From IMG/VR virus record IMGVR_UViG_3300022217_000279, positions 1 through 24,619 of that record: 24,619 bases of DNA; one strand, given 5' to 3'. The notes under the pieces are model-generated. The model saw only the letters and a program-made list of their open reading frames with translations, made no database searches and was not told the DNA's origin. A program made the position numbers and the translations under genes. Origin of the DNA: a virus. Taxonomy: Duplodnaviria > Caudoviricetes. Shown here one piece after another: positions 17,471 through 24,619 of this stretch; position 1 is the first letter of the stretch, and each line of letters starts with the position of its first letter.

Positions 17471-18526
17471 TTAAACACTTGTTAGGGAGATAAGCTCACC
17501 CTTTTTATGGTCTTTTTTTAAGTAAAAATACTTATTATGCTTATAGAGGATGCTGATAGGAAGGCCGTTGTCATCGTAAGGAATCTTGCATCCAACTTTG
17601 TCAAAGCTAAGAATATCCCCTTTTTTCATATCCTCAAGACAGTAGAGAGATTTAGATAGTTTTGTGATGGAATCTTTTTCTCTCTTTATAAGATCGTTAT
17701 TCTTAAAATTTTTTGTTCTCATAGTATGGAGGGAAGAAAGGGCTTGTATCAATTGTTTAAACAAATTTGGTTTTAAGCTCATAACATAATCGGTGGTTGA
17801 GCCAAAATCGGCAATTGAATAGTGTTGTTCGATGATTTGGGCACCATTCATATAGGCGCCGATACTTGCTAGAATACCAGGGTAATGTGATGAAAAACCA
17901 ATAACATGATCTTTATATCGTTCCTTAAATCCTTTTATTGCATCAATGCAAATATCGTCGTCTAAGGTAGGATATAGAGCAATACAATGAAGGATAGCCA
18001 AGGGGTTCTTATGTGATTTGATAAGCTCAACAGCTTGATCTATCTGCCATTCTGTTGCGCCGCCGGTGCTTAAGATTATAGGTTTTTTTGTTTTGCAAAT
18101 TGCATCAATAAGCGGAAGGTTCGGAACATCTCCGGATTGAATTTTATAAAAAGGAGTTTTTAATTGCTCTAAAAAATTGAGACTTTCGTGGTCGAACGGC
18201 GTTGCAAAAAATGTGATATTTTTTTTATGTGCGAAATCCTTTAGATTGAAAAAATCTTCCGGCGAAAGCTCAAGATGCATTCTATGCTCACCGTAAGTTT
18301 TCCCATGTTTGCTCTTTTTATACGGGCTGTTAAAGAATTTTTTCGTAAAAAGATTTTGATTATCTCTTTTTTGAAGCTTTACCGCGTTAATTCCGAGAAA
18401 GGCGGCTATTTCAATCATACGTTCACAAACCGAAACATCCCCCCCGTGATTGCTTCCTATCTCTGCTATTATATAAGGTTTACTCGTATCATTGATATAC
18501 GTCCCGTCAAGATCAATATATGCCAT
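17471..18526 (-). CDS. neuB: N-acetylneuraminate/nonulosonate synthase (NeuB family) with C-terminal SAF/AFP-like domain
   Basis: PYIIAEIGSNHGGD, AVKLQK, FATPFD, YKIQSGD, PIILSTG, LHCIALYP, IGFSSH, IIEQH, and C-terminal SKSLY...DMKKGDILS. Confidence 0.93.
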   Translation of the reverse strand: MAYIDLDGTYINDTSKPYIIAEIGSNHGGDVSVCERMIEIAAFLGINAVKLQKRDNQNLFTKKFFNSPYKKSKHGKTYGEHRMHLELSPEDFFNLKDFAHKKNITFFATPFDHESLNFLEQLKTPFYKIQSGDVPNLPLIDAICKTKKPIILSTGGATEWQIDQAVELIKSHKNPLAILHCIALYPTLDDDICIDAIKGFKERYKDHVIGFSSHYPGILASIGAYMNGAQIIEQHYSIADFGSTTDYVMSLKPNLFKQLIQALSSLHTMRTKNFKNNDLIKREKDSITKLSKSLYCLEDMKKGDILSFDKVGCKIPYDDNGLPISILYKHNKYFYLKKDHKKGELISLTSV

Positions 18527-18813
18527 TAAAATCCCCCCCTGTTTTTTTTGTTAATTAATTCTATCGATTTTTCAACAATATGAGAAGGGGTAAGACAAAA
18601 ATATTTATATATTTCATCAGTTGAATTGCTCTTTTCACAAGAATAATTCATCGCATAAAAATATAATGTTGCTATAATCTCGACACATGAGAGGCTTCCT
18701 CCAACATGTCCGGATTGTGCATGATAAATCATCGTAAGAATATCCCGACGCATACACCATGCAATTTTTTCTAATTTTTTTATATGTTGCTGTAAAATAT
18801 TTTTATCAATCAT
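18526..18813 (-). pseudogene. Internally deleted transketolase remnant (N-terminus joined to C-terminus)
   Basis: RRDILTMIYHAQSGHVGGSLSCVEIIATLYF is a transketolase N-terminal signature, and DEIYKYFCLTPSHIVEKSIELI resembles the transketolase C-terminal helix. The ORF is only 95 aa and lacks a ThDP-binding GDG motif. Confidence 0.75.
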
Positions 18814-20390
18814 AGTGTAATTATTCCCCTTGTTTCATATACGGATTCTTGAGGCTCTACGGAATTAACCATGGCCCGGCCCCAAGCCATGATTAGTGCT
18901 ACTAAGAGATCTATCCGTCCGGAGCTTTTATCTTTCATCGGACGAAGATTTTCGTTAGGGTCTAAACCCATAACAACATTATCAATGCACCATCTAAGCA
19001 CAGGGTTCCCGTCATGTTCTATGCCCCTGGAAAGTATATTTTTTAAAATATCTTTAATCGGTGCGCTTAAGGTTAGTGCTCCTTGTCGCATCTCAACCAT
19101 CACGATTCCGTATGTGTTTTGAAGAACACCCGCTAAACGGGTTGCCGCGTAAGGGTCGAACCCTTCTTCTTTAAGATCGTAATCTTCCGAGGCTTTAATA
19201 ATGTCTTTTTCTAAATATGCCTGGTCGACATAATTGCCCGGAGTTGGCGTGATATATCCTTCTTCCGCCCAGACGTCATAATGAACCTTATCTTGTCTTG
19301 ATTTATCCAGAATTGTATCCTCGGGACAATAAGCATGTGCGATGACTCTCCACGGACCATCGTTGCGAGGGAAGACAAGCGCATGAGCCGTCAAATCTTG
19401 CGTTGCCGACAGATCAATCCCCCCATAGCATATTTGGCCCAACAATGTTTTATGATCAAAAGTTCCCCTACACATATCCCATTCTTTCATATCGAGCCAT
19501 AGGTTTGTTTGTTTTATTGGAATATCAAGTCTATACCGTTTAAAGTCCTGTAAATCCACGGGATCTTGTTTTGCCGTCTGATAATCAGCACGTATTTTCT
19601 CGATTGAAAATATTGTGCCTAACGCAGGATTTACACGCTTCCACAGTGTTTCGTCTTCCGGATCTGCGTCCGAGTCGGCAATGTATAACATCGCATAGAA
19701 TGATTCATCGTGGATTATACCGGCAGCTATCTGTTGTGCTTTTTTTCTTATTTTCCACCAAATTGAGTTTATATCAAATATTCCTGCGGTTGATGCGACC
19801 AATATGAGTTGTTGGTCTCTGGCGTAATTAGTCCCCGATGTAAGCACGCGCCACAATTCGTCATTAGGCTGTGCATGGAGCTCATCAAAAGTAACTGCGG
19901 AGGGGTTGAGGCCATGTTTTGTTTTTACGTCACTCGATAGCACTTGATAAAAACCGTTATTTTTATAATTTACTATACGTTTCCGTGATCTGAGGACCTT
20001 AAGCTTACGCGATAATACCGTATTATTTCGGACCATCGCCGAGGCGGGAAGGTAAACAAGCCCGGCTTGTTCCCTATCGGCGGCGGCGCTATAAACCTCC
20101 GGTGATTTTTCTCCGTCAGAGCAGAGCATATAAAGCGATAATGCGGCAAAGAATTCTGTCTTTCCGTTTTTTTTGGGGATTTCTACATAACAAATTCTGT
20201 AGCGCCTCAGCCCATTCTCATCGACTGTTCCGAACACATCATTGACGATTTTTTTTTCCCATTCCATGGCGACAAATGGTAACCCTGCCCATTTTCCTTT
20301 CGTGTGTGTCAGATGAGATATGAATTTTATAACTCGATCCGCTTTTTTTTTATCAAAATGATATTTTTTTATAGTTTTTTCTTGATTCAT
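18810..20390 (-). CDS. terL: Terminase large subunit
   Basis: Walker A IPKKNGKT, Walker B VTFDELH, ASTAG coupling motif, and nuclease motifs GIDLSATQDLTA and RIDLLVALIMA. Confidence 0.97.
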   Translation of the reverse strand: MNQEKTIKKYHFDKKKADRVIKFISHLTHTKGKWAGLPFVAMEWEKKIVNDVFGTVDENGLRRYRICYVEIPKKNGKTEFFAALSLYMLCSDGEKSPEVYSAAADREQAGLVYLPASAMVRNNTVLSRKLKVLRSRKRIVNYKNNGFYQVLSSDVKTKHGLNPSAVTFDELHAQPNDELWRVLTSGTNYARDQQLILVASTAGIFDINSIWWKIRKKAQQIAAGIIHDESFYAMLYIADSDADPEDETLWKRVNPALGTIFSIEKIRADYQTAKQDPVDLQDFKRYRLDIPIKQTNLWLDMKEWDMCRGTFDHKTLLGQICYGGIDLSATQDLTAHALVFPRNDGPWRVIAHAYCPEDTILDKSRQDKVHYDVWAEEGYITPTPGNYVDQAYLEKDIIKASEDYDLKEEGFDPYAATRLAGVLQNTYGIVMVEMRQGALTLSAPIKDILKNILSRGIEHDGNPVLRWCIDNVVMGLDPNENLRPMKDKSSGRIDLLVALIMAWGRAMVNSVEPQESVYETRGIITL

Positions 20391-20436
20391 CCAGGATCGT
20401 GTTCTTTTATTAGATTGATCTATTTATCATTATTAA

Positions 20437-20916
20437 TCAGTCAGTTAGTTTGTTCATTTCCGAATCTTCATCATTATCATCTTCAATATTTAACATTCCG
20501 AGGCGAGATAATCCCAGATTTGATAAGCCCAAAAGATTAATATGCTTTAATATATTTTCTTCGCATCTATTTTTTGCCGACCAGTAAGGATTATATATTC
20601 TACCTCTATATGATTCGATACAAATTCCCTCTGTTTTTACAATTTTCATGCATTTATTTCTATCCGAGATATTTTTTACAAGAAGTTCTAGCACAGGTCC
20701 GTTAATGAGGGTAAAAAGGTTATATTTCTTTAATATAAAAGCATAATTTTTCCATATTATTTTTTCCTCTTTTGTGAATTGTTCAGGGCATACCGGTTCT
20801 AACTGTTTGTTTTCGTTATTTTTTTGATGAGTGCTTGTGGGAGAGGAATTATTCTTAGTATAATCTTTTTCTTTTTCTAAGAGTCTTAAACGAAGACTTT
20901 TTTTATTTCTGCTCAT
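20437..20916 (-). CDS. terS: Terminase small subunit, P27 family
   Basis: P.CPEQFTKEEKIIW...EGI...NPY...LGLS..SRL pattern, directly upstream of terL. Confidence 0.85.
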   Translation of the reverse strand: MSRNKKSLRLRLLEKEKDYTKNNSSPTSTHQKNNENKQLEPVCPEQFTKEEKIIWKNYAFILKKYNLFTLINGPVLELLVKNISDRNKCMKIVKTEGICIESYRGRIYNPYWSAKNRCEENILKHINLLGLSNLGLSRLGMLNIEDDNDEDSEMNKLTD

Positions 20917-21326
20917 AACTGTCTTCCTTTTAAATAATTGTCAATTTCTTCTTTTATATTATCGAAGCCCGTCCCGAATATAGCTTTATAGCCTAAGTTT
21001 CTTAATTTTTTTAACATTTTTTCTTGTTCTTCTATATGTTTATTATTCTTTAATTTCCCAAATTTTGTGTATACATCACTTTTATTGTTTTTTATTTCAA
21101 TAGCAAGGCCTTGATAGAAAAAATCAAAGTTATCAGAAATGAATTGAGCCTGTTCATAGATTATTATATCGGGCCAACCTCTATATTTTTGTATGAGTTT
21201 TATAAGCTTTGCCTGGCCGATCGTCATTTTTATACCGGACAAGTCGGATCTATATAGCACATCCGGATAAAATTTATTAATATAATCGCAAATAGTCGCT
21301 TGGAGGTAAAATTCTTGTTTTTTCAT
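20913..21326 (-). CDS. VRR-NUC / PD-(D/E)xK nuclease
   Basis: E..LQ, GWPDIII, LAIEIK and EQ..ML..LRNLGY.A motifs. ATGA overlap with terS. Confidence 0.85.
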   Translation of the reverse strand: MKKQEFYLQATICDYINKFYPDVLYRSDLSGIKMTIGQAKLIKLIQKYRGWPDIIIYEQAQFISDNFDFFYQGLAIEIKNNKSDVYTKFGKLKNNKHIEEQEKMLKKLRNLGYKAIFGTGFDNIKEEIDNYLKGRQL

Positions 21327-21361
21327 AGTGTTATCTTTCTTTTTGCAAAAATGTAAACAGT

Positions 21362-21629
21362 TTATTCACACATTATTCACAGATTAAATATTTGTTTTTT
21401 TTGAACTTTTTATTTTTTTTGTTTATATCTTTTGTCTCACTATTAATAAATATATATATTTATTAATATATATATTTATATTTGTTGTTTATTGTTGACG
21501 GAAATGGGTATTGAGAGCTAGTTAATGTTACAATAACCTTCTCTCAGTACCCATTTCCGTTACAATAACCCTGAGCCCTAATTAATGTTACAATAACCCT
21601 CTCTCAGCACCCGTTTCCGTTACAATAAC
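21362..21629. promoter_or_regulatory. Putative replication origin region (DnaA-box pair, AT-rich palindrome, iterons)
   Basis: TTATTCACA at 21362-21370 and 21373-21381; perfect 28-bp A/T palindrome at 21441-21468; gttacaataac at 21527, 21559, 21587 and 21619. Confidence 0.65.
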
Positions 21630-21724
21630 TTTCATCCATTTGCTTATTAAATAATTAATTGATTTTTTTAATTCTTTTTCGATTTTTTCAAAAGCAGATA
21701 AGACTTTTATCATTTCAGATATAC

Positions 21725-22015
21725 TTATTGTGCACATTTTTTGACCTCTGTGGTGTCGTCATTGGCAGAGGGATGGCCCCCGAAGTCCCATTTTGCTGCG
21801 GTATTGATATGTGATGTGGTGATAGACTCTGAGTCTGACTGAATTGACAGGAATATATCATTTATATATATGATATATGCTCGATTATTATGTATTAATT
21901 CCACATTAGCCCAATTTTCCGATGCAAGTATGATCGCCTCTTTAATACAGTCTCTTATATTTGCCCCTTTTTTTGCTTCAGAATATATTTTTGTTATTTC
22001 AATTGACTTTGTCAT
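21725..22015 (-). CDS. Hypothetical protein whose C-terminus shares a peptide with the beta-helix protein
   Basis: TAATG overlap with the initiator gene; ends ...KWDFGGHPSANDDTTEVKKCAQ. Confidence 0.6.
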   Translation of the reverse strand: MTKSIEITKIYSEAKKGANIRDCIKEAIILASENWANVELIHNNRAYIIYINDIFLSIQSDSESITTSHINTAAKWDFGGHPSANDDTTEVKKCAQ

Positions 22016-22887
22016 TACTTCTCCCTAACAAACGAATTAATAAAAGTACAAGAATAGATATCAGAAGAATAAATAATTTTTGATGAGGCTTTATCGGTTA
22101 CAATAACCTCCTCTGAGAGGGTATTATTGTTAACAGAAACCTCCCCTGCAGGTGGGTTATTGTTAACGGAAACTCCTTCTGAGAGGGTATTATTGTTTAC
22201 AATAACCTCCTCTGAAGGTGGGTTATTGTTAACGGAAACTCCTTCTGAGAGGGTATTATTGTTTATAATAACCTCCTCTGAAGGTGGGTTATTGTTAACG
22301 GAAACTCCTTCTGAGAGGGTATTATTGTTTACAATAACCTCCTCTGAAGGTGGGTTATTGTTAACGGAAACTTCACCTGCAGGTAGGTTATTATTTATAA
22401 TATCCCTTTTATTTTTACAATAATTTCTAAAAGATTTTATTATGAGATTCGGATGAGAAAGACATTTATTTTTTGAAGCGTTCAACAGTTCATCGTCGTC
22501 ATCAAGTAGATTTAATTCTTTGTGTAGAATGATTTTCGATCGTCTGCTATGTGCGGTAATGTATTGTCTTTGGACTCGCTTACTTGTTAGTAACTTATAT
22601 TCTCCATATAGGTCAGAGGAAAAAAGATTTTCTATTAAAAATTCATTAACGATCTCTTTTACTTCTTTATAATCTATACCGACACGGGAAGTAAAAATTC
22701 TCTCTTCTCTTTCGGTCCATGGTTTGTAATATCCCAACCTATATATCCTGATTAATAATCGAATATAGAGCGCAAATCCAATACACGTATATTTTGCCAG
22801 TAGATATTCTATTGCCGGATCATCTTCTATATTAATATCAACAGAAAAAAATAATAATCCGCCATCATCTTTTATAGGTCTTGCCAT
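22015..22887 (-). CDS. Phage replication initiator (DUF4373 / Lin1244-like N-terminal domain)
   Basis: MARPIK..GL.FFSVD....DD..I..L...Y...G...Y..LL..IY..GYY...LFS..LY....LLTS.RVQRQY pattern, followed by internal repeats. Likely start 22887 (track start 22908). Confidence 0.8.
   Translation of the reverse strand: MARPIKDDGGLLFFSVDINIEDDPAIEYLLAKYTCIGFALYIRLLIRIYRLGYYKPWTEREERIFTSRVGIDYKEVKEIVNEFLIENLFSSDLYGEYKLLTSKRVQRQYITAHSRRSKIILHKELNLLDDDDELLNASKNKCLSHPNLIIKSFRNYCKNKRDIINNNLPAGEVSVNNNPPSEEVIVNNNTLSEGVSVNNNPPSEEVIINNNTLSEGVSVNNNPPSEEVIVNNNTLSEGVSVNNNPPAGEVSVNNNTLSEEVIVTDKASSKIIYSSDIYSCTFINSFVREK
22098..22395. repeat. Nine 33-bp quasi-palindromic tandem repeats (putative iterons) within the initiator gene
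   Basis: Alternating 11-aa units NNNPPSEEVIV and NNNTLSEGVSV. DNA units such as acaataacctcctctgaaggtgggttattgt have inverted ends. Confidence 0.9.
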
Positions 22888-22930
22888 ACGCCCCCCGAAA
22901 GCAAACATTCATTTTTTCTTTGCCACTTAA

Positions 22931-23179
22931 TTATTTCCCATTTTTACCAATAGCGTCAATTATTCTCCTCCCCGCCGGCGAGCTGAGTCCCACAAGATTC
23001 GGCGATTTACATTTCGGACACCCATCGTATCTTGTCGTTAATCGCCAGACAGAATAAGCAATTCCAGGTATGACAAGAAAAAACCATAATAATATTTCCA
23101 TTCCCAGACTGCCTTTCGTAATTGATCTTGGATATATAACAGATTCGCAAGTTAAACATACTTTTTTTCTTCTTAGCAT
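22931..23179 (-). CDS. Small membrane protein with a zinc-ribbon motif
   Basis: CLTC and CPKC flank a hydrophobic segment (ILLWFFLVIPGIAYSVW). Confidence 0.75.
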   Translation of the reverse strand: MLRRKKVCLTCESVIYPRSITKGSLGMEILLWFFLVIPGIAYSVWRLTTRYDGCPKCKSPNLVGLSSPAGRRIIDAIGKNGK

Positions 23180-23203
23180 TTTCGCCTCACAATTTTTTTT
23201 AGT

Positions 23204-23404
23204 TTAAATTTTTATATCATCCGCTCCCTTAAAATTTGCGGTCAATGTCTCAACCGAAATATCGTTTTCATGATGAAGACTATGAATTATTTTTTCAATT
23301 TCTTCAGGTTCAAAAAAACCGTATAATAATATTCTCGCAGTAGCATCAAAAATAGGCTCCCATTTTGCTCCGGACTCTTTAAATTTAATAAAAATTCTTT
23401 TCAT
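23204..23404 (-). CDS. Hypothetical protein
   Basis: 66-aa co-oriented ORF filling the gap between neighbouring genes. Confidence 0.5.
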   Translation of the reverse strand: MKRIFIKFKESGAKWEPIFDATARILLYGFFEPEEIEKIIHSLHHENDISVETLTANFKGADDIKI

Positions 23405-23412
23405 TATTTTTT

Positions 23413-24096
23413 TTATCTGTAGTTTTTTTTGACTTTAGGCCATATGAAGTGATTGATTTCTTCCTGTATTGCCGTATAAATTTTCATCCCTAATTTTTTC
23501 GCGAATTCTCCATGTAACAAATATATAAGATCAAAATCTTCCTGAGCTGCATATAAGTAAGTTTCTTTGAGTAGATTTGATGTTTGATGATTAAAAATTT
23601 TGATCCCGAGTCCTTTCGCAATTCCAATAAGATATTCAGTGGATGGTCTTTGGTAATAATATTCATTTCCTCCGAGCACAGTCCCGAAATATCCGATTTC
23701 GTCCGGATCTTGTTTAATGGCGAAAGCAGTCAGCCAGGCAAAAGAACACCCGAAATATTCTCCATATTTTTTTATTAAAGCATCAAAGGGAAAGATAGCA
23801 TAATCCTTTATCAAATCTATTTTACGTTTTAGAAATTTTATGCAAGTTAAGTTATTTAACCCTTCTAAATAAGTTTTTACGGTTATATCGCTATCAATAG
23901 GATAATAATTAAATCCTCGGCGCGAATAGAATTCAGAGTCCACTTTGCTGAAATCATGTATATCGAAATATTTTCCCCATCTTATTTTTTTAAATCGTTG
24001 AAAAAGGTTGTTCACGGCCCATAATTCATATTCATCTTCATATTCTTTTAACTGCTCTTCTCTTATATTCGCGCCTACAATACCTATTTTATACAT
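23413..24096 (-). CDS. Putative sialyltransferase-like glycosyltransferase (GT42/Maf-like fold), early-region copy
   Basis: Collinear with 9134..9943: KIGIVG, ELWAVNN, W.KYFDIHD, YFGCSFAWLTAFAI, EIGYFG and EYYYQRPSTEYLIGIAKGLGIK. RBS GAAGGAG. Confidence 0.65.
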   Translation of the reverse strand: MYKIGIVGANIREEQLKEYEDEYELWAVNNLFQRFKKIRWGKYFDIHDFSKVDSEFYSRRGFNYYPIDSDITVKTYLEGLNNLTCIKFLKRKIDLIKDYAIFPFDALIKKYGEYFGCSFAWLTAFAIKQDPDEIGYFGTVLGGNEYYYQRPSTEYLIGIAKGLGIKIFNHQTSNLLKETYLYAAQEDFDLIYLLHGEFAKKLGMKIYTAIQEEINHFIWPKVKKNYR

Positions 24097-24165
24097 CTAA
24101 TCTCCTTCCATATTCTTATTCTTTTACATTTGTTTCCCATTTTACTTAACTCTTTAGTTATTCTT

Positions 24166-24432
24166 TTATCTAACTTCATTTTCATTTAGCCAATCTTCAA
24201 CAATAAAATTTATAAGATTCGAGAGCGACCTCTTTTCCATATCAGCAATTTTTTTTATTCGTCTTCTCAAATCAGGATCGCATTTACAGGTAATATAGGT
24301 AACTTTTTTATTTTTTTTCATTTTTTCTTTTTCCCCTTCCCCCAAGGCATACTCGTTACGATTAATCTTCTTATTATTCTTTTCTTTTTCTTTTAATTTT
24401 TCATTTTTTTTCTTCATACGATCTCCATTCAT
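24166..24432 (-). CDS. Ribbon-helix-helix (Arc/CopG-like) DNA-binding regulator
   Basis: YITCKCDPDLRRRIKKIADMEKRSLSNLINFIVEDWL fits the RHH pattern. The true start may be the later MKKNKK Met near 24321. Confidence 0.75.
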   Translation of the reverse strand: MNGDRMKKKNEKLKEKEKNNKKINRNEYALGEGEKEKMKKNKKVTYITCKCDPDLRRRIKKIADMEKRSLSNLINFIVEDWLNENEVR

Positions 24433-24488
24433 TTATTTAATTTATTTATTTATTTATAATGTTTTCCACATCCTTTACCTATTATAAA

Positions 24489-24517
24489 GTAATACTATAT
24501 TCCTTTTACCTTGTCAA
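24489..24517 (-). promoter_or_regulatory. Candidate sigma70 promoter for the early operon
   Basis: Minus strand TTGACA-17 bp-TATTAC with an A-rich upstream tract. The region is very AT-rich, so a chance match is possible. Confidence 0.45.
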
Positions 24518-24619
24518 GGGTTTTTTTACTTTTTTTTACTTTACAAAATAATATTTATAATCAGTATTTTTTTTAATTTATTTGAGCACTTGTTTATATC
24601 CAAAAAATGTAAGCGTTGG

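Noticed and set aside
14578-18813. Sugar cassette considered as flanking host LPS/capsule DNA or a misassembly
   Set aside because: It is enclosed by terL and portal, co-oriented, and overlaps terL's stop codon. No transposase or host housekeeping genes are present. Read mapping would still be needed to fully exclude a chimera.
18810-20390. Possible intein or intron in terL, or stop-codon recoding in the genome
   Set aside because: TerL has a normal length with contiguous motifs, and core genes translate full length in the standard code with TAA, TAG and TGA all used as stops.
21752-21796. The repeat pair with 6586-6630 considered as a DGR template/variable repeat
   Set aside because: It is too short, the mismatches are not confined to adenines on either strand, the target would be at an N-terminus, and there is no reverse transcriptase in the window.
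22098-22395. 33-bp periodic repeats considered as a CRISPR array
   Set aside because: The units are contiguous with no unique spacers, lie in frame inside the initiator gene, and no cas genes are present.

Overview
The window is a 24.6-kb segment of a tailed dsDNA phage or prophage with an HK97-type head and a lambda-like non-contractile tail. Every credible gene is on the minus strand. In transcription order (right to left): RHH regulator, sialyltransferase/Maf-like gene, small ORFs, DUF4373-type replication initiator with 33-bp iterons, a non-coding origin-like region, VRR-NUC nuclease, terS, terL, an inserted nonulosonic (sialic-like) acid cassette (transketolase remnant, NeuB-family synthase, hypothetical, SDR, NeuA-family CMP-transferase, FkbM methyltransferase), portal, prohead protease, major capsid, a very Ser/Thr-rich putative decoration protein, a second sialyltransferase/Maf-like gene, head-tail joining genes, a beta-helix protein fused to the tail terminator, two tandem tail-tube paralogues, a tail chaperone with a -1 frameshift, and a tape measure gene running off the left edge. 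The leading hypothesis (inference) is a phage-encoded system that makes and activates a nonulosonic acid and attaches it to Ser/Thr-rich virion proteins. Family assignments come from motif recognition by eye; no database searches were run.
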